From contig NC_086097.1 of NCBI RefSeq assembly GCF_963921235.1, positions 120,406,001 to 120,470,000 on the forward strand: a stretch of 64,000 nucleotides of DNA, in the 5' to 3' direction. The notes under the pieces were generated by a model. The model made no database searches and had not been told where the DNA came from. It saw only the letters and a list, made by a program, of their open reading frames with translations. Made by a program: the position numbers and the translations under genes. This DNA is from Mobula hypostoma (taxonomy: Eukaryota). Below, piece after piece: positions 26,330 to 37,589 of this stretch. The stretch's first letter is position 1. Every line of letters starts with the position of its first letter.

Positions 26330-29300
26330 CAGTGCCATCTGAGGGGAATAATGCTCATAGTGATTCTTGGCAAGGTATACAACTCTAGAGTTAAAAAATA
26401 TGTGACAGCAATGCACCAGTTGTAGATTTATTACTTCATAAGTAATCACTTTTTGTATTCATTCCGTAATAACATCAGTACAGCAGGAAATGTTACCTCG
26501 CCTCCCAAAAGGTAAAAAAAAACTCATTTGGAGAGATTTCTGGAATTTTATCAATGACATGATATTCCATATTGTTGTACCAAATCAAAACAATCTTAAG
26601 CTTTTGTCATAGCATAAAGAATTACAGTACAATAATTCAAATGTGGGGTTCCGCTCGGCCATAATTTAGGACCCATTTGGTTTTAAAATTAATATATTTA
26701 ACTGCTTTCCATACTTTGTTTCCCATACTTTCATAACCTATTAATAATCATAATAATTTTCCAAGTCTTCCACGTCTTCCACATCTTCGTCTGAACTTTC
26801 CACAATCTCTGAGGTGGATGCCTGGTTCTCACAGTCTGCCAGTCTACACATGTCAGTACACCTGAGGCCATTTGCAACACACATACATCTTGGGAGTGAA
26901 CATCTTTTTGGATAGTTACAGGCCAGTAGATCCAGGACAGCATCGGGGGCTGGCTGGCCTTCCATCCAGTGCACCACCAACTGTTCAGCTTCCTCTTCTC
27001 TTTCCACCTTCCATCCTCTGCCAACAGGGCTTGGCACTTGTGGGTCCTTTTCCAAACATTCCATATACCAGCCTGGTAGCTAGCTTGCTGTGCATGTTTT
27101 GTTATGCAGTCCTTGCATGGTGGGAGTTGATGACTTTCAATTTCACCTTTTTTGGCACAGAAAAGGTGATACCTGAGCCCATTGACCTCTGTGGTCAATG
27201 CTTTTAGGGCATACAGGAGACATGTAAATGCCTCCAGTTTGCCCATCAGTTCTGGGGAGAGGTCCCATTCCTGAACTAACTCTAAGAATGTGTCCTGAGT
27301 TTTCCTGTTGCTAGTCAGAAGTTTTAGGGCACTTGTCTTCCCTTTGCCTGCAAAAGTGCTTACAGTGTCACATACTGTATATGCGTGCAACCAGATGACA
27401 GCCCTACAAACCTCTATGCCAACAGTGGCAGTGACCTTCCTGATGCCTATAAGCCTTGTACGGGTTCTAGTGCCACACTTCTGCAACAATGGGGCCTCAA
27501 TCTTGTCACAAAATGCTACAGACATCTGTGTCTTCTGAGCAGATCACTATAGATTGGTATCCCTCTCTCATGGCATGGGCAGCATGGAGAAGTAGGCAGC
27601 CATCTGCTTCTTGTTGACACTGAAGAGCTGACACCTCCTCACTGTCTTGAGATGTGATTCTGTAACATTTGTCATTCACAGTTGCATACAGAATCTTCTA
27701 CTGTAGCTTTGCTCTGTACTCCGCCTTCCTCCATTCATGGACTGTGAAACTAATGAGGCTATTTTTGTTACTGACTTTGGTCAGGAAGCTCCTCCACTGC
27801 CTCACCATCTGTGTGCCTGTGATACCTTGCAACTCATGACCCGTCTCTTCACCCCGTAGAGATCTTTCACTATTCTTGATAAGAGTTCTCCTTGTATGTG
27901 TTGAACACAAAATCTATTCTGCTACTCTGACTGCCTTCCCTCAGAGCCATACCCAGAACTGTTGTGGCAACATCGCTGAAAGTAACTTGATCACCTTTCA
28001 CTCTTTGGACCAAGTTCATTCCATCAACGACTGTAGCAGAGTTTCCTGGGAGTTGCTCTTCTACTGTTACATTTTTCTGCAAGGTTGTGGCTAAAGTAGC
28101 TTTATTTGTCTTTTGCAGCAATCCTTCTGGCGTGGACAGGACCCAGGGCAATGGTCCAAGGGAATGAGAAAGGATATCCTCCATACATAGACTGTGCCCT
28201 GTGCCATCACTATGATGCATCCAAGCAAAGACCCGTCTGCTTTCAAGATGATCGCCCTCCCATTTGATTTCACTTCTCTTTTCTTACACATGTCACTGAA
28301 TGTTTTCAGCTTGTTGGTTTTCATTGGGTCATGGAATTTCTTTGCTGCTGGGTCTTCCTCTAGTTTCTCATCCTTGAAGGTTGCATAGCATTGATCACCA
28401 ATCTCATATGCCTTCATCTGGTCAGAGGCAATGTCCATGGGGGCTGCCTTTGCCGTAGAGATGCTAATGAGGTCCCGCTTCTCTGCAAATGGGTTGACCC
28501 ATTCATGTACGAGGCTAACCACTGCTGAAACTGTTTCCTCATCTTTCTGGATTCTTGGTCGCTGTAGCTCAGCATGACAAAGCTCTGATTAGTTGCCTTG
28601 CACCATCTCCCTTAACTGTCCCAAGAATACACTGCGGTTCTCAGCTGTTATGTAGTAACGCTTGATAGCTCCAGCATTCAGACTGAACCGTGATGTGCCT
28701 CCAGGATTTTGTGTGTCTTTGTTCACTGTGGCTTCAATAGCCTGGTCTACAGGGATCTGCCCAAAGGGGTTGTTACTTGACAGCTGCACTGAGAATTGGC
28801 CTGTCTCGAAGGCCTGATACACAGAAGGATTCTTCTCTGGGAGGTTCATCATCTGAGCAAAGTCAGGGGACAGGTACCTGGCATAATTCATCTTATCATA
28901 GGCAAAGCACCATGGGATTATGGTTCTTGTAGCATGGAGGTGCAACTCCCAGTCCCCCTCACAAGAGGCACGCAGAAGGCCAAGTACTACGTTCTCTACC
29001 ATCTCAATGTATGATATCTAGAATCCGGATAGCTCTCCATTGTTGTGATGGAGATGTTCCAGAAAGTCTGTCCACAGGGTTATCAGCTCAGCTAAGAGTG
29101 GACTTTGCAGCAGATTGTTCAACTTCTGTTGGTCCAAGTCACTGGCCATTTTGTTCACATGGTCTAAGAATGATTTGATCATCCCACTCCTCGCTGGAAC
29201 GTTGTCCTTAACTCATGGTGTGAACTCTGCCTATGTGAGTCTCATAGTGTTTCATAGATGTACTTGTGGACCTTGACAGCGCGATTGTAGTGTTTACCAC

Positions 29301-29847
29301 CAAGGACTCCATTGATGGACCCCTCTGCGACAATTCCAGCCTCTATGCATACGTCCCTTAGACCAGCATTCCGAAATAGCCTTCCTAGGATGGCTAAGGC
29401 ATTACATATGGTATGGAATGTCCTATCCTGAGAAGAATGTTGGAGAAGCGCTCTTTGTGTTTCCAGGCAATTCCAGTGGCTTTTCAATAGAGTGCTTAAT
29501 CCATGACTACCACAATTGTTTCTAGATGAAGTTCCTTCCTCATTAGCTCTGATTGGTTCAGGATTTCAAATACTGTGGTCAACTCTGTGACAGGTGAATT
29601 GATGGTTGGCAGATACCCAACAATATCTCTTGAGGTTGGTTCTTGGTCCCTGGTGCTGATATTAAAACCAGTCCAGCTTGGGATTGTCTGATTCTCTGGA
29701 TCTGTTTGCCTTGCAAGTGTCCACACCAGGTTCTTCTTGCAGGCAAGAAATCTACCACCACTGCAATGCCATCACATATTTTCTAGCACTAGGGGTGTAT
29801 ACCTTGCCAAAAATCACTCTAAGAATTATTCCCCCCAGATGATACCG
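26330..29847 (-). mobile_element. Academ (AcademX-type) DNA transposon, 5' internally deleted, transposase pseudogenised
   Basis: ~105-bp imperfect TIRs (left cagtgccatctgaggggaataatgctcatagtgattcttggcaaggtatac; right gtataccttgccaaaaatcactctaagaattattccccccagatgataccg); coding relics IPSWTGFN, IVVVMD, TFHTICN, GKHYNRA, EGDWELHL, NYARY, DQAIEATVNK, VVDGM, EADG.LLLHA, SEDTDV, CDTVSTFAGKGK, C-terminal Cys-rich finger. Confidence 0.85.
26741..29740 (-). pseudogene. Academ transposase (DDE + XPG/PIN-like nuclease + Cys-rich finger), ~1000 codons, frameshifted
   Basis: Collinear ORF fragments 29496-29726, 29242-29487, 28589-29002, 28091-28522, 27870-28220, 27698-27910, 26731-27525, 26741-27064. 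Confidence 0.85.
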
Positions 29848-30322
29848 GTGGCCCAAATTTGGGGTCCTGGCTCACGGACTATTGCCCTCCTAGCTGTCTC
29901 CATCCTTACCTTTCCTTCCCCCCACCTGGCCCCATCTGTCTGTTTTTATTCTCTCCACCTTTTTCTGTCTCCCAATCCAATTCTCTCCCTCTCCTACCTG
30001 GTTCCATCTACCAATCATATTTCAGCTCTCCTTGGCCCACCAATCAGCTACTGGCCCCTGTCTCATCACTCTTCCTTTTCTCTCCATACTGGCCATCTTC
30101 CCTCTTCCCTTGCAGTCCTGATGTAAGGTTTCAAACCAAAACTTTGACAGCTCCTCTCCCCCACAGATGCTGATTGATCCATTAAATTCCTTCAGGACAT
30201 TAATAAAGTGCCATCAGGTGAAGAATATCAGTCGAGGATGTTGTTAACAAATTCACACCTTGCCTATCAAATACAGTCAGTTCAAACTCAATCAGTAAAC
30301 TTAAATCTGGGAACAATAGATT

Positions 30323-33300
30323 GATAAAAACTGCTGGTGAACACAGCAGGCCAGTCAGCATCTATAGGAAGAGGTACAGTCGACGTTTCGGGCTGAGACC
30401 CTTCGTCCGGACTAACTGAAAGAAAATCTAGTCAGAGATTTGAAAGTGGGACGGGGAGGGGGAGATCCGAAATGATAGGAGAAGACAGGAGGGGGAGGGA
30501 TGGAGCCAAGAGCTGGAAGGTTGATTGGCAAAAGGGATACGAGGCTGGAGGAAGCAGAGGATCATGGGACGGGAGGCTAAGGGAGAATGAAAGGAGAACG
30601 GAGCCCAGAGGATGGGCAAGGAGTTATAGTGAGAGGGACAGAGGGAAAAAAAGGAAGATAAATAAATAAACAAACAAACAGACAAATAAATAAATAAGGG
30701 ATGGGGTACGAAGGGGAGGTGGGGCATTAACGGAAGTTAGAGAAGTCGATCTTCATGCCATCAGGTTGGAGGCTACCCAGACGGAATATAAGGTGTTCTT
30801 CCTCCAACCTGAGTGTGGCTTCATTTTGACAGTAGAGGAGGCCGTGGATAGACAAATCAGAATGGGAATGGGACGTGGAATTAAAATGTGTGTCCACTGG
30901 GAGATCCTGCTTTCTCCGGCGGACAGAGCGTAGGTGTTCAGCAAAATAGTCTCCAAGCCTGCGTCGGGTCTCGCCAATATATAGAAGGCTGCATTGGGAG
31001 CACCGGACGCAGTACATCACCCCAGCCGACTCACAGGTGAAGTGTCGCCTCACCTGGAGGGACTGTCTGGGGCCCTGAATGGTGGTGAGGGAGGAAGTGT
31101 AAGGGTATGTGTAGCACTTGTTCGGCTTACAAGGATAAGTGCCGGGAGGGAGATCGGTAGGAAGGGATGGGGGGACGAATGGACAAGGGAGTCACGTAGG
31201 GAGCGATCCCTGTGGAAAGCAGAAAGTTGGGGGGGGAGGAAAAGATGTGCTTAGTTGTGGGATCCTGTTGGAGGTGGCAGAAGTTACGGAGAATTGTATG
31301 TTGGACCCAGAGGCTAGTGGGGCGGAAGGTGAGGACAAGGGAAACCCTATTCCTAGTGGGGTGGCGAGAGGATGGGGTGAGAGCAGATGTGCATGTATTG
31401 GGAGAGATGCGTTTGAGAGCAGAGTTCATGGTGGAGGAAGGGAAACCCCTTTCTTTAAAAAAGGAGGACATCTCCTTGTCCTGGAATGAAAAGCCTCATC
31501 CTGGGAGCAGATGTGGCGGTGGAATTGCAAAAACGGGATGGCACTTTTGCAAGAGACAGGGTGGGAAGAGGAATAGTCCAGGTAGCTGTGAGAGTCCGTA
31601 TGCTTATAGTAGACATCAGTAAATAAGCTGTCTCCAGAGATAGAGACAGAAAGATCTAGAAAGGGGATGGAGGTGTCGGAAATGGACCAGGTAAACTTGA
31701 GGGCAGGGTGAAAGTTGGAGGCAAAATTAATGAAGTTGACGAGCTCCGCATGCGTGCAGGAAGCAGCGCTAATGCAGTCGTCAATGTAGTGAAGGAAAAG
31801 TGGGGGACAGATACCAGTATAGGTTCGGATCATAGATTGTTCCACAAAACCAACAAAAAGGCATGCATAGCTGGGACCCATACGGGTGCCCATGGCTACA
31901 CCTTTAGTTTGGAGGAACTGGGAGGATCCAAAGGAGAAACTACTAAGAGTAAGGACTAATTCCGCTAGATGGAGGAGAGGGTGGTAGAGGGGATCTGGTT
32001 AGGTCTGGAATCCAAAAAGAAGCGGAGAGCTTTGAGACCTTCCTGGTGGGGGATGGAGGTATATAGGGACTGGACATCCATGGTGAGAATGAAGTGGTGG
32101 GGACCAGGGAACTTAAAATCATCAAAAAAATTCAGAGTGTGAGAAGTGTCACGAACATAGGTAGGAAGGGATTGAACAAGGGGGCATAAAACAGTGTTGT
32201 GGTATGCAGAAATGAGTTTGGTGGGGCAGGAGCAAGCTGAGACAATGGGTCTACCAGGACAGGTTTGTGGATCTTAGGTAGGAGGTAGAAACGGGAAGTG
32301 CGGGGTGTGGGAACTATAAGGTTGAAGCAGTGGATGGGAGATCCCCTGAGCTGATAAAGTTGGTGATGGTGCAGGAGACAATGGCCTGGTGCTCCTTAGT
32401 GGGGTCACGATCGAGGGGTAAATAAGAGGAGGTATCCACGAGTTGTCGCTGTGCCTCGGCAAGGTAGAGGTCAGTACGCAAGACTACAACAGCACCCCCC
32501 TTATCGGCGGATTTTATAGTAAGGTTAGGATTAGTGCAGAGGGAGTGGAGAGCAGAGCGTTCAGAAGGAGTGAGGTTGGAATGGGAACAAGGTGCGGTGA
32601 AGTCGAGACGGTTGATGTCCTGTTGGCAGTAAGCGATAAAGAGATCCAGAGCAGGCAGAAGACCAGAGAGGGGTGTCCATGAAGAGGAGGAGGGTTGAAG
32701 ATCGGAGAAGGGGTCATCGATGGGGGTGGGAGTGTCCTTGCGGAAGAAGTGGGCTCGAAGACGGAGCTGGTGGAAGAAGAGTTCAGCATCATGGCGCACG
32801 CGGAACTCGCTGAGGTGTGGGCGAAGGGGGACAAAGATGAGGCCCTTACTAAGGACAGAGCACTCTGCCTCAAAGAGTTGAAGGTCGGAGGAGATGGTGA
32901 AGACCCGGCACAGATGAGAAGTCGGATCAGAGGGGGGAGGGGGAGGGAGGCTGGTGGTGTCAGTGGAGAGGGGAGGGTTGGGGTGAGAAGAAGATGGAGC
33001 CTCTGAGAGCCCAGGAGCTGACGATGGGATCTGAGGGAGACGGGGTTGCAAAATGGTGGTGGGGGAAGGGGAGACGGGAGTCACAATAGCAGCACATAAA
33101 GACCTGGCCTGGAGTTCAAGGCTGGAGTCACAGCTGGTGGTTGCGCAATCGCTTTGAAGGTGTCCATGGTCGTTGGAGCTCACATTGATGGTGCTGTAGT
33201 CCGGGTTTTGAATATGCCCTGGTTGCTGGAGCCGCTGAGAACACTCCCGGCACTTACCCTTGTAAGCGGAACAAGTACTACACATGCCTTTACACTTCCT

Positions 33301-34080
33301 TCCTCACCACCATTCAGGGCCCCAGATAGTCCTTCCAGGTGAGGCGACACTTCACCTGTGAGTTGGTTGGGGTGATATACTATGTATGGTGCTCCCGATG
33401 CGGCCTTCTATATATTGGCGAGACCCAACGCAGACTGGGAGAACGTTTCGCTGAACATCTACGCTCTGTCGGCCAGAGAAAGCAGGATCTCCCTGAGGTC
33501 ACACATTTTAATTCCACCTCCCATTCCCATTCTGACATGTCTATCCACGGCCTCCTCTACTGTAAAGATGAAGTCACACTCAGGTTGGAGGAACTGTACC
33601 TTATATTCCGTCTGGGTAGCCTCCAACCTGATGGCATGAACATTGACTTCTCTAACTTCTGTTAATGCCCCACCTCCCCTTTGTACCCCATCCCTTATTT
33701 TTTTTTCTCTTTTTTCTCCCTCTGTCCCTCTCACTATAACTCCTTGCCTATCCTCTGGGCTCCCTTCCCCTTTCTTTCTCCCTCGGCCTCCCGTCCCATG
33801 ATACTCTCCCTTCTCCAGCATTGTATCCCTTTTGCCAATCAACTTTCCAGCTCTTAGCTCCATCCCTCTCCCTCCTGTCTTCTCCTATCATTTTGAATCC
33901 CCCCCCCCCACTTTCAAATCTCTTTCTATTTCTTCTTTCAGTTAGTCCTGACGAAGGGTCTTGGCCCAAAACGTTGACTGTACCTCTTCCTAGAGATGCT
34001 GCCTGGCCTGCTGCGTTCACCAGCATTTTTTATGTGTGTGCTTGAATTTCCAGCATCTGCAGTTTTCCTCATGTTTGTGT
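30323..34080 (-). mobile_element. Penelope-like element (probably Neptune clade) with inverted 3' copy and 11-bp TSD
   Basis: TSD aacaatagatt at ~30312-30322 and 34081-34091; minus-strand ORF relics KSADKGGAVVV (32314-33285), MGTRMGPSYA/YIDD/FLDL (31426-31893), GIY-YIG YCVRC..C.LLYIGET (30727-31053); 33244-34080 is a plus-strand copy of linker + GIY-YIG + pLTR. Confidence 0.92.
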
Positions 34081-34639
34081 AACAATAGATTTATGTTGGT
34101 CAGGGATTTTAAAGGATAAAGAATAAAGATTTTTTTTGGGGTTTACAGTCTAGGTCAGCTAGGATCTATCTGGGTAAAAAAAAGCAGGTGAAAAACTGCT
34201 CCTTAACCAATTCCCATGTCCCAGTATTGAGGTGTTATTCCAGTATGGGTATTTAGGTAAGGTACAAGAAGACTAGGCACTAACCATGGAGAAGATTGGG
34301 AATAATAGAATTGGCAGAAGTTCAGATGCAGATTGAGATTTATTTATCACATGTACAAAGAAACACAACAAAAAAAAAGTGTTGTTTGTGTTAACAATCA
34401 ACACACATAAAGATGTGCTGCAGGTAGTTCATAAGTGCGAACACACATTCTGGTAGCGACATAGCCTACCACAACGCTCAACAGAAAAACACAGAACACA
34501 ATGAGAAACACAACAACAACAGCAAAACAAGCCCCGTTCCTCCCTCCCATGCACACCACAGATATGGATGGTCCACTCGTCTCCAATCTTCATGTTTTGG
34601 ACAGGCCCCCAGTCTCCAGACTCCCATCTCCAGGCTTCA

Positions 34640-36365
34640 GCTATCAGGTTTCAACTTCCGGACTTTGATTTACGTAGAGCCACCAAGGTGGCAAAACGGC
34701 AACACAGGGACAAAATCCAGTCACAACTCTGCGACAATGTCCCATGCAGCGTATGGCAAGGACTGCAAGGACTGTATTGCTGACTTCAAGAGGAAATGCA
34801 GCAGTACAATGAATGTTGACCCCTCACTTGTGGATGAGCTAAATGTCTTTACTCTCGATTTGCGGTTGATAAGACTAAAAGCCTGAGGAGAGCCGGTGAC
34901 TAGACCTTCCCCTTGGTCACCTCCGAGGATGAGGCACGTAGAACTTTCCAACATGTCAACAGCCACAAGGCAATGGGGCCGGATGGCATCCCAGGGAGGG
35001 TCCGCAAAGTGTTTGCGGAGCAGCTGGCTGGTGTATTTATGGACATTTTTAATCTCTCCCTCTCCCAATATGTAGTGCCCTCCTGTTTCAAATCGTCCAT
35101 CATTGTCTCTGGACCTAAGAAAACCAAGGTACATGCCTGAACAGTTGGCGCCCTGTCACACTCACCTCAATTATAAGCAAATGCTTTGAGTTAAAGACTA
35201 CATATGCAGTATGCTACCATCCACACTGGATGACCTATGATTTGCCTACTGAACTGGTCTACTGATGACACCATAGCCACAACACTACACACCATCCTCA
35301 CTCACCTGGAGAAGAGGGATGCATACGTTAGAATGCTGTTCCTGGCCTACAGTTCACATTCAACACTGTAATTCCCTCCAGACTTGACAGGAAGCTCAGA
35401 GACCTCAGCCTGCATCCTGCCTTGTGGAGCTGGATCCTAGACTTCCTGTCGGATCGCCGATAGGTGGAAAGGATGGACTCCCTCACCTCTGCCCCTCTGA
35501 TTCTCAACACAGGTGACCCCCAGGATTGTGTCCTGAGTCCCCTCCTCTACTCCCTTTATACCCACAACTGTGCTGCCACGCACAGCTCCAATCTGCTGAT
35601 CAAATTCACAGATGTCATTGATTGGCCTTACTTCTAGCAGTGATGAGACAGCATACAGAGGAGAGGTTGACACCCTGACCCAGTGTTGCCAGGATAGCAA
35701 TCTCTCCCTCAACGTCCAAAAAGCAAAAGAGCTGATTGTGGATTACAGGAGGAAGGGAGACAGGCCACGCCGATCGACATCAATAGGACTACAGTTGAGA
35801 GGGCGAGTAGTTTCAAGTTCCTTAGTATACGCATCACCGAAGATTTCACCTGGACTATACACACCAGCTGTGTGGCAAAAAAAAACACAACAGCTTCTCT
35901 TCCACCTCAAGCGACTGAAAAAGTTTGGCATGAGCCCCAAAATCCTCAAGACTTTTTACAGGGGCACCACTGAGAAAATCCTGACTGGCTATATCACCAC
36001 CCGGTATGGGAGCTGTACCAACCTTGATCACTGAGCACTGCAGAGGGTGGTATGGACAGCCCAGTGCATCTGCGGACGTGAACTTCCCTCCATTGAGGCC
36101 ATTTACAGCAGCAGGTGCAGAAAGAAGGCCTGAAAGATCATCAGGGACACCAGTCACCCCCCCCCCCCAAACATAAACTGTTTTAGCTGCTTCCATCTGG
36201 AAAATGCTACCGCAGCATTAAAGCCAGAACCAACAGGTGACAGGACAGCTTCTTTTTACAAGCTATTAAACTTTTAAATTCACATGTCAGTACATTGCAA
36301 CAGAGTTGTAACACAATGATTTTTACTCTCTCATGTTGTAGGATGGATCAAAGATTCAAATAAAT
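34640..36365 (+). mobile_element. Rex1/Babar LINE RT remnant
   Basis: KAMGPDGIPGRV, DIFNLSL (34913-35140); LSLNVQKAKELIVDYRR (35612-36034); tail aataaatgcaaattcaaatt. Confidence 0.85.
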
Positions 36366-37589
36366 GCAAATTCAAATTGATCTGTCGTATCAATCTCTGG
36401 ATTAACTTGTGACAGCACACTGAATTCTAGGTTCAAACTTCTCCAGACTCCAGTCTTCAGGTTTTGGACAACACAGAGCATAATGAACAGAACATAATAA
36501 GCAACATAGCAACAACAGCAAAACAAGCCCCTTTCCTCTCTCTCACATACACACACATATAGACAGTCCTTCAGCCTCCAATCTTTAGGTTTTAGACAGG
36601 TCTCCAGGCTTGGGCCACAGGTCTCCGGCTTCCGGCTTTCAATCAACATTCAGGCTTTGATCTTTGGTATTGATCTCCGGATTAGCCTACGATGGCACTC
36701 TGAATTCTAGGCTCAAACTCCATGCCTGCAGACTCACTGACCCTCTTGCCTGCTCTCACGGATATCCAATCTTGGACCCACCAACCTAGGATAACCCGGC
36801 ATCCATGCATGTCCTTCGTTATATGTCCATATGGTCTTCAAACGTGGAGCAGTGTATTGGAATCTGGATATTCTCCATCCCGTGTCCACATCACTAGCCT
36901 TTGAGGGTGGTGAGGAGGCCTAACCTCTGATCTGACCTCTAACTCCCCAACATCCCTGAGCCTAAATCCTAATCTGATTTAAGACAAAGGGCCATAAGAC
37001 ATAGAAGCAGAATTACGCCATTCAGCTCATCAAGTCTTCTCCACCATTCCATCATGGCCACTCCTGGATCACACTCAACCCCCTAAGGGGACTTCTAACT
37101 CCTCCCTCTGTTTCCAGAACCTTCCTTTCGAACTTAAAAAAACAACCAAGTCTAAGCCACAAAAATTTGGTCTTGAAAACAGATATATTGTGATTGCATT
37201 ATACGCTTTACTGAATATCACTTATTTCATGAACCATGCCAATTTTTCTAATGCCTTTTATCTTGGTGCCATTTTAACCAGAGGTAATAGTTTGTAATAG
37301 TGTAGCTATCAGAGGATCCAGGAGAATAATCTCGATTTAAAGTAGACATATTCATCAATCAGGACAAAATGACTTGCATTTATAAAACATGATTTGCAGC
37401 CAATTGATGGTTTAATGTAAGCAACAAAACAGGCATATTGCTATTGCAATCAACAATGTGAGAAGGAGGACTGTTTTTAGGTGTTTGTTGGAAGATAAAT
37501 ATTGATAAAGACATTAACTAAATTAGCTGCCTTTCTTAGAATTAGAATTCTTAATGAACTGGTGATTTCACGATCTCCTCAAGGATTTG

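Noticed and set aside
26741..27064. Host Tesmin/TSO1 CXC-domain gene
   Set aside because: The Cys-rich motif is the C-terminus of a TIR-bounded transposase relic.
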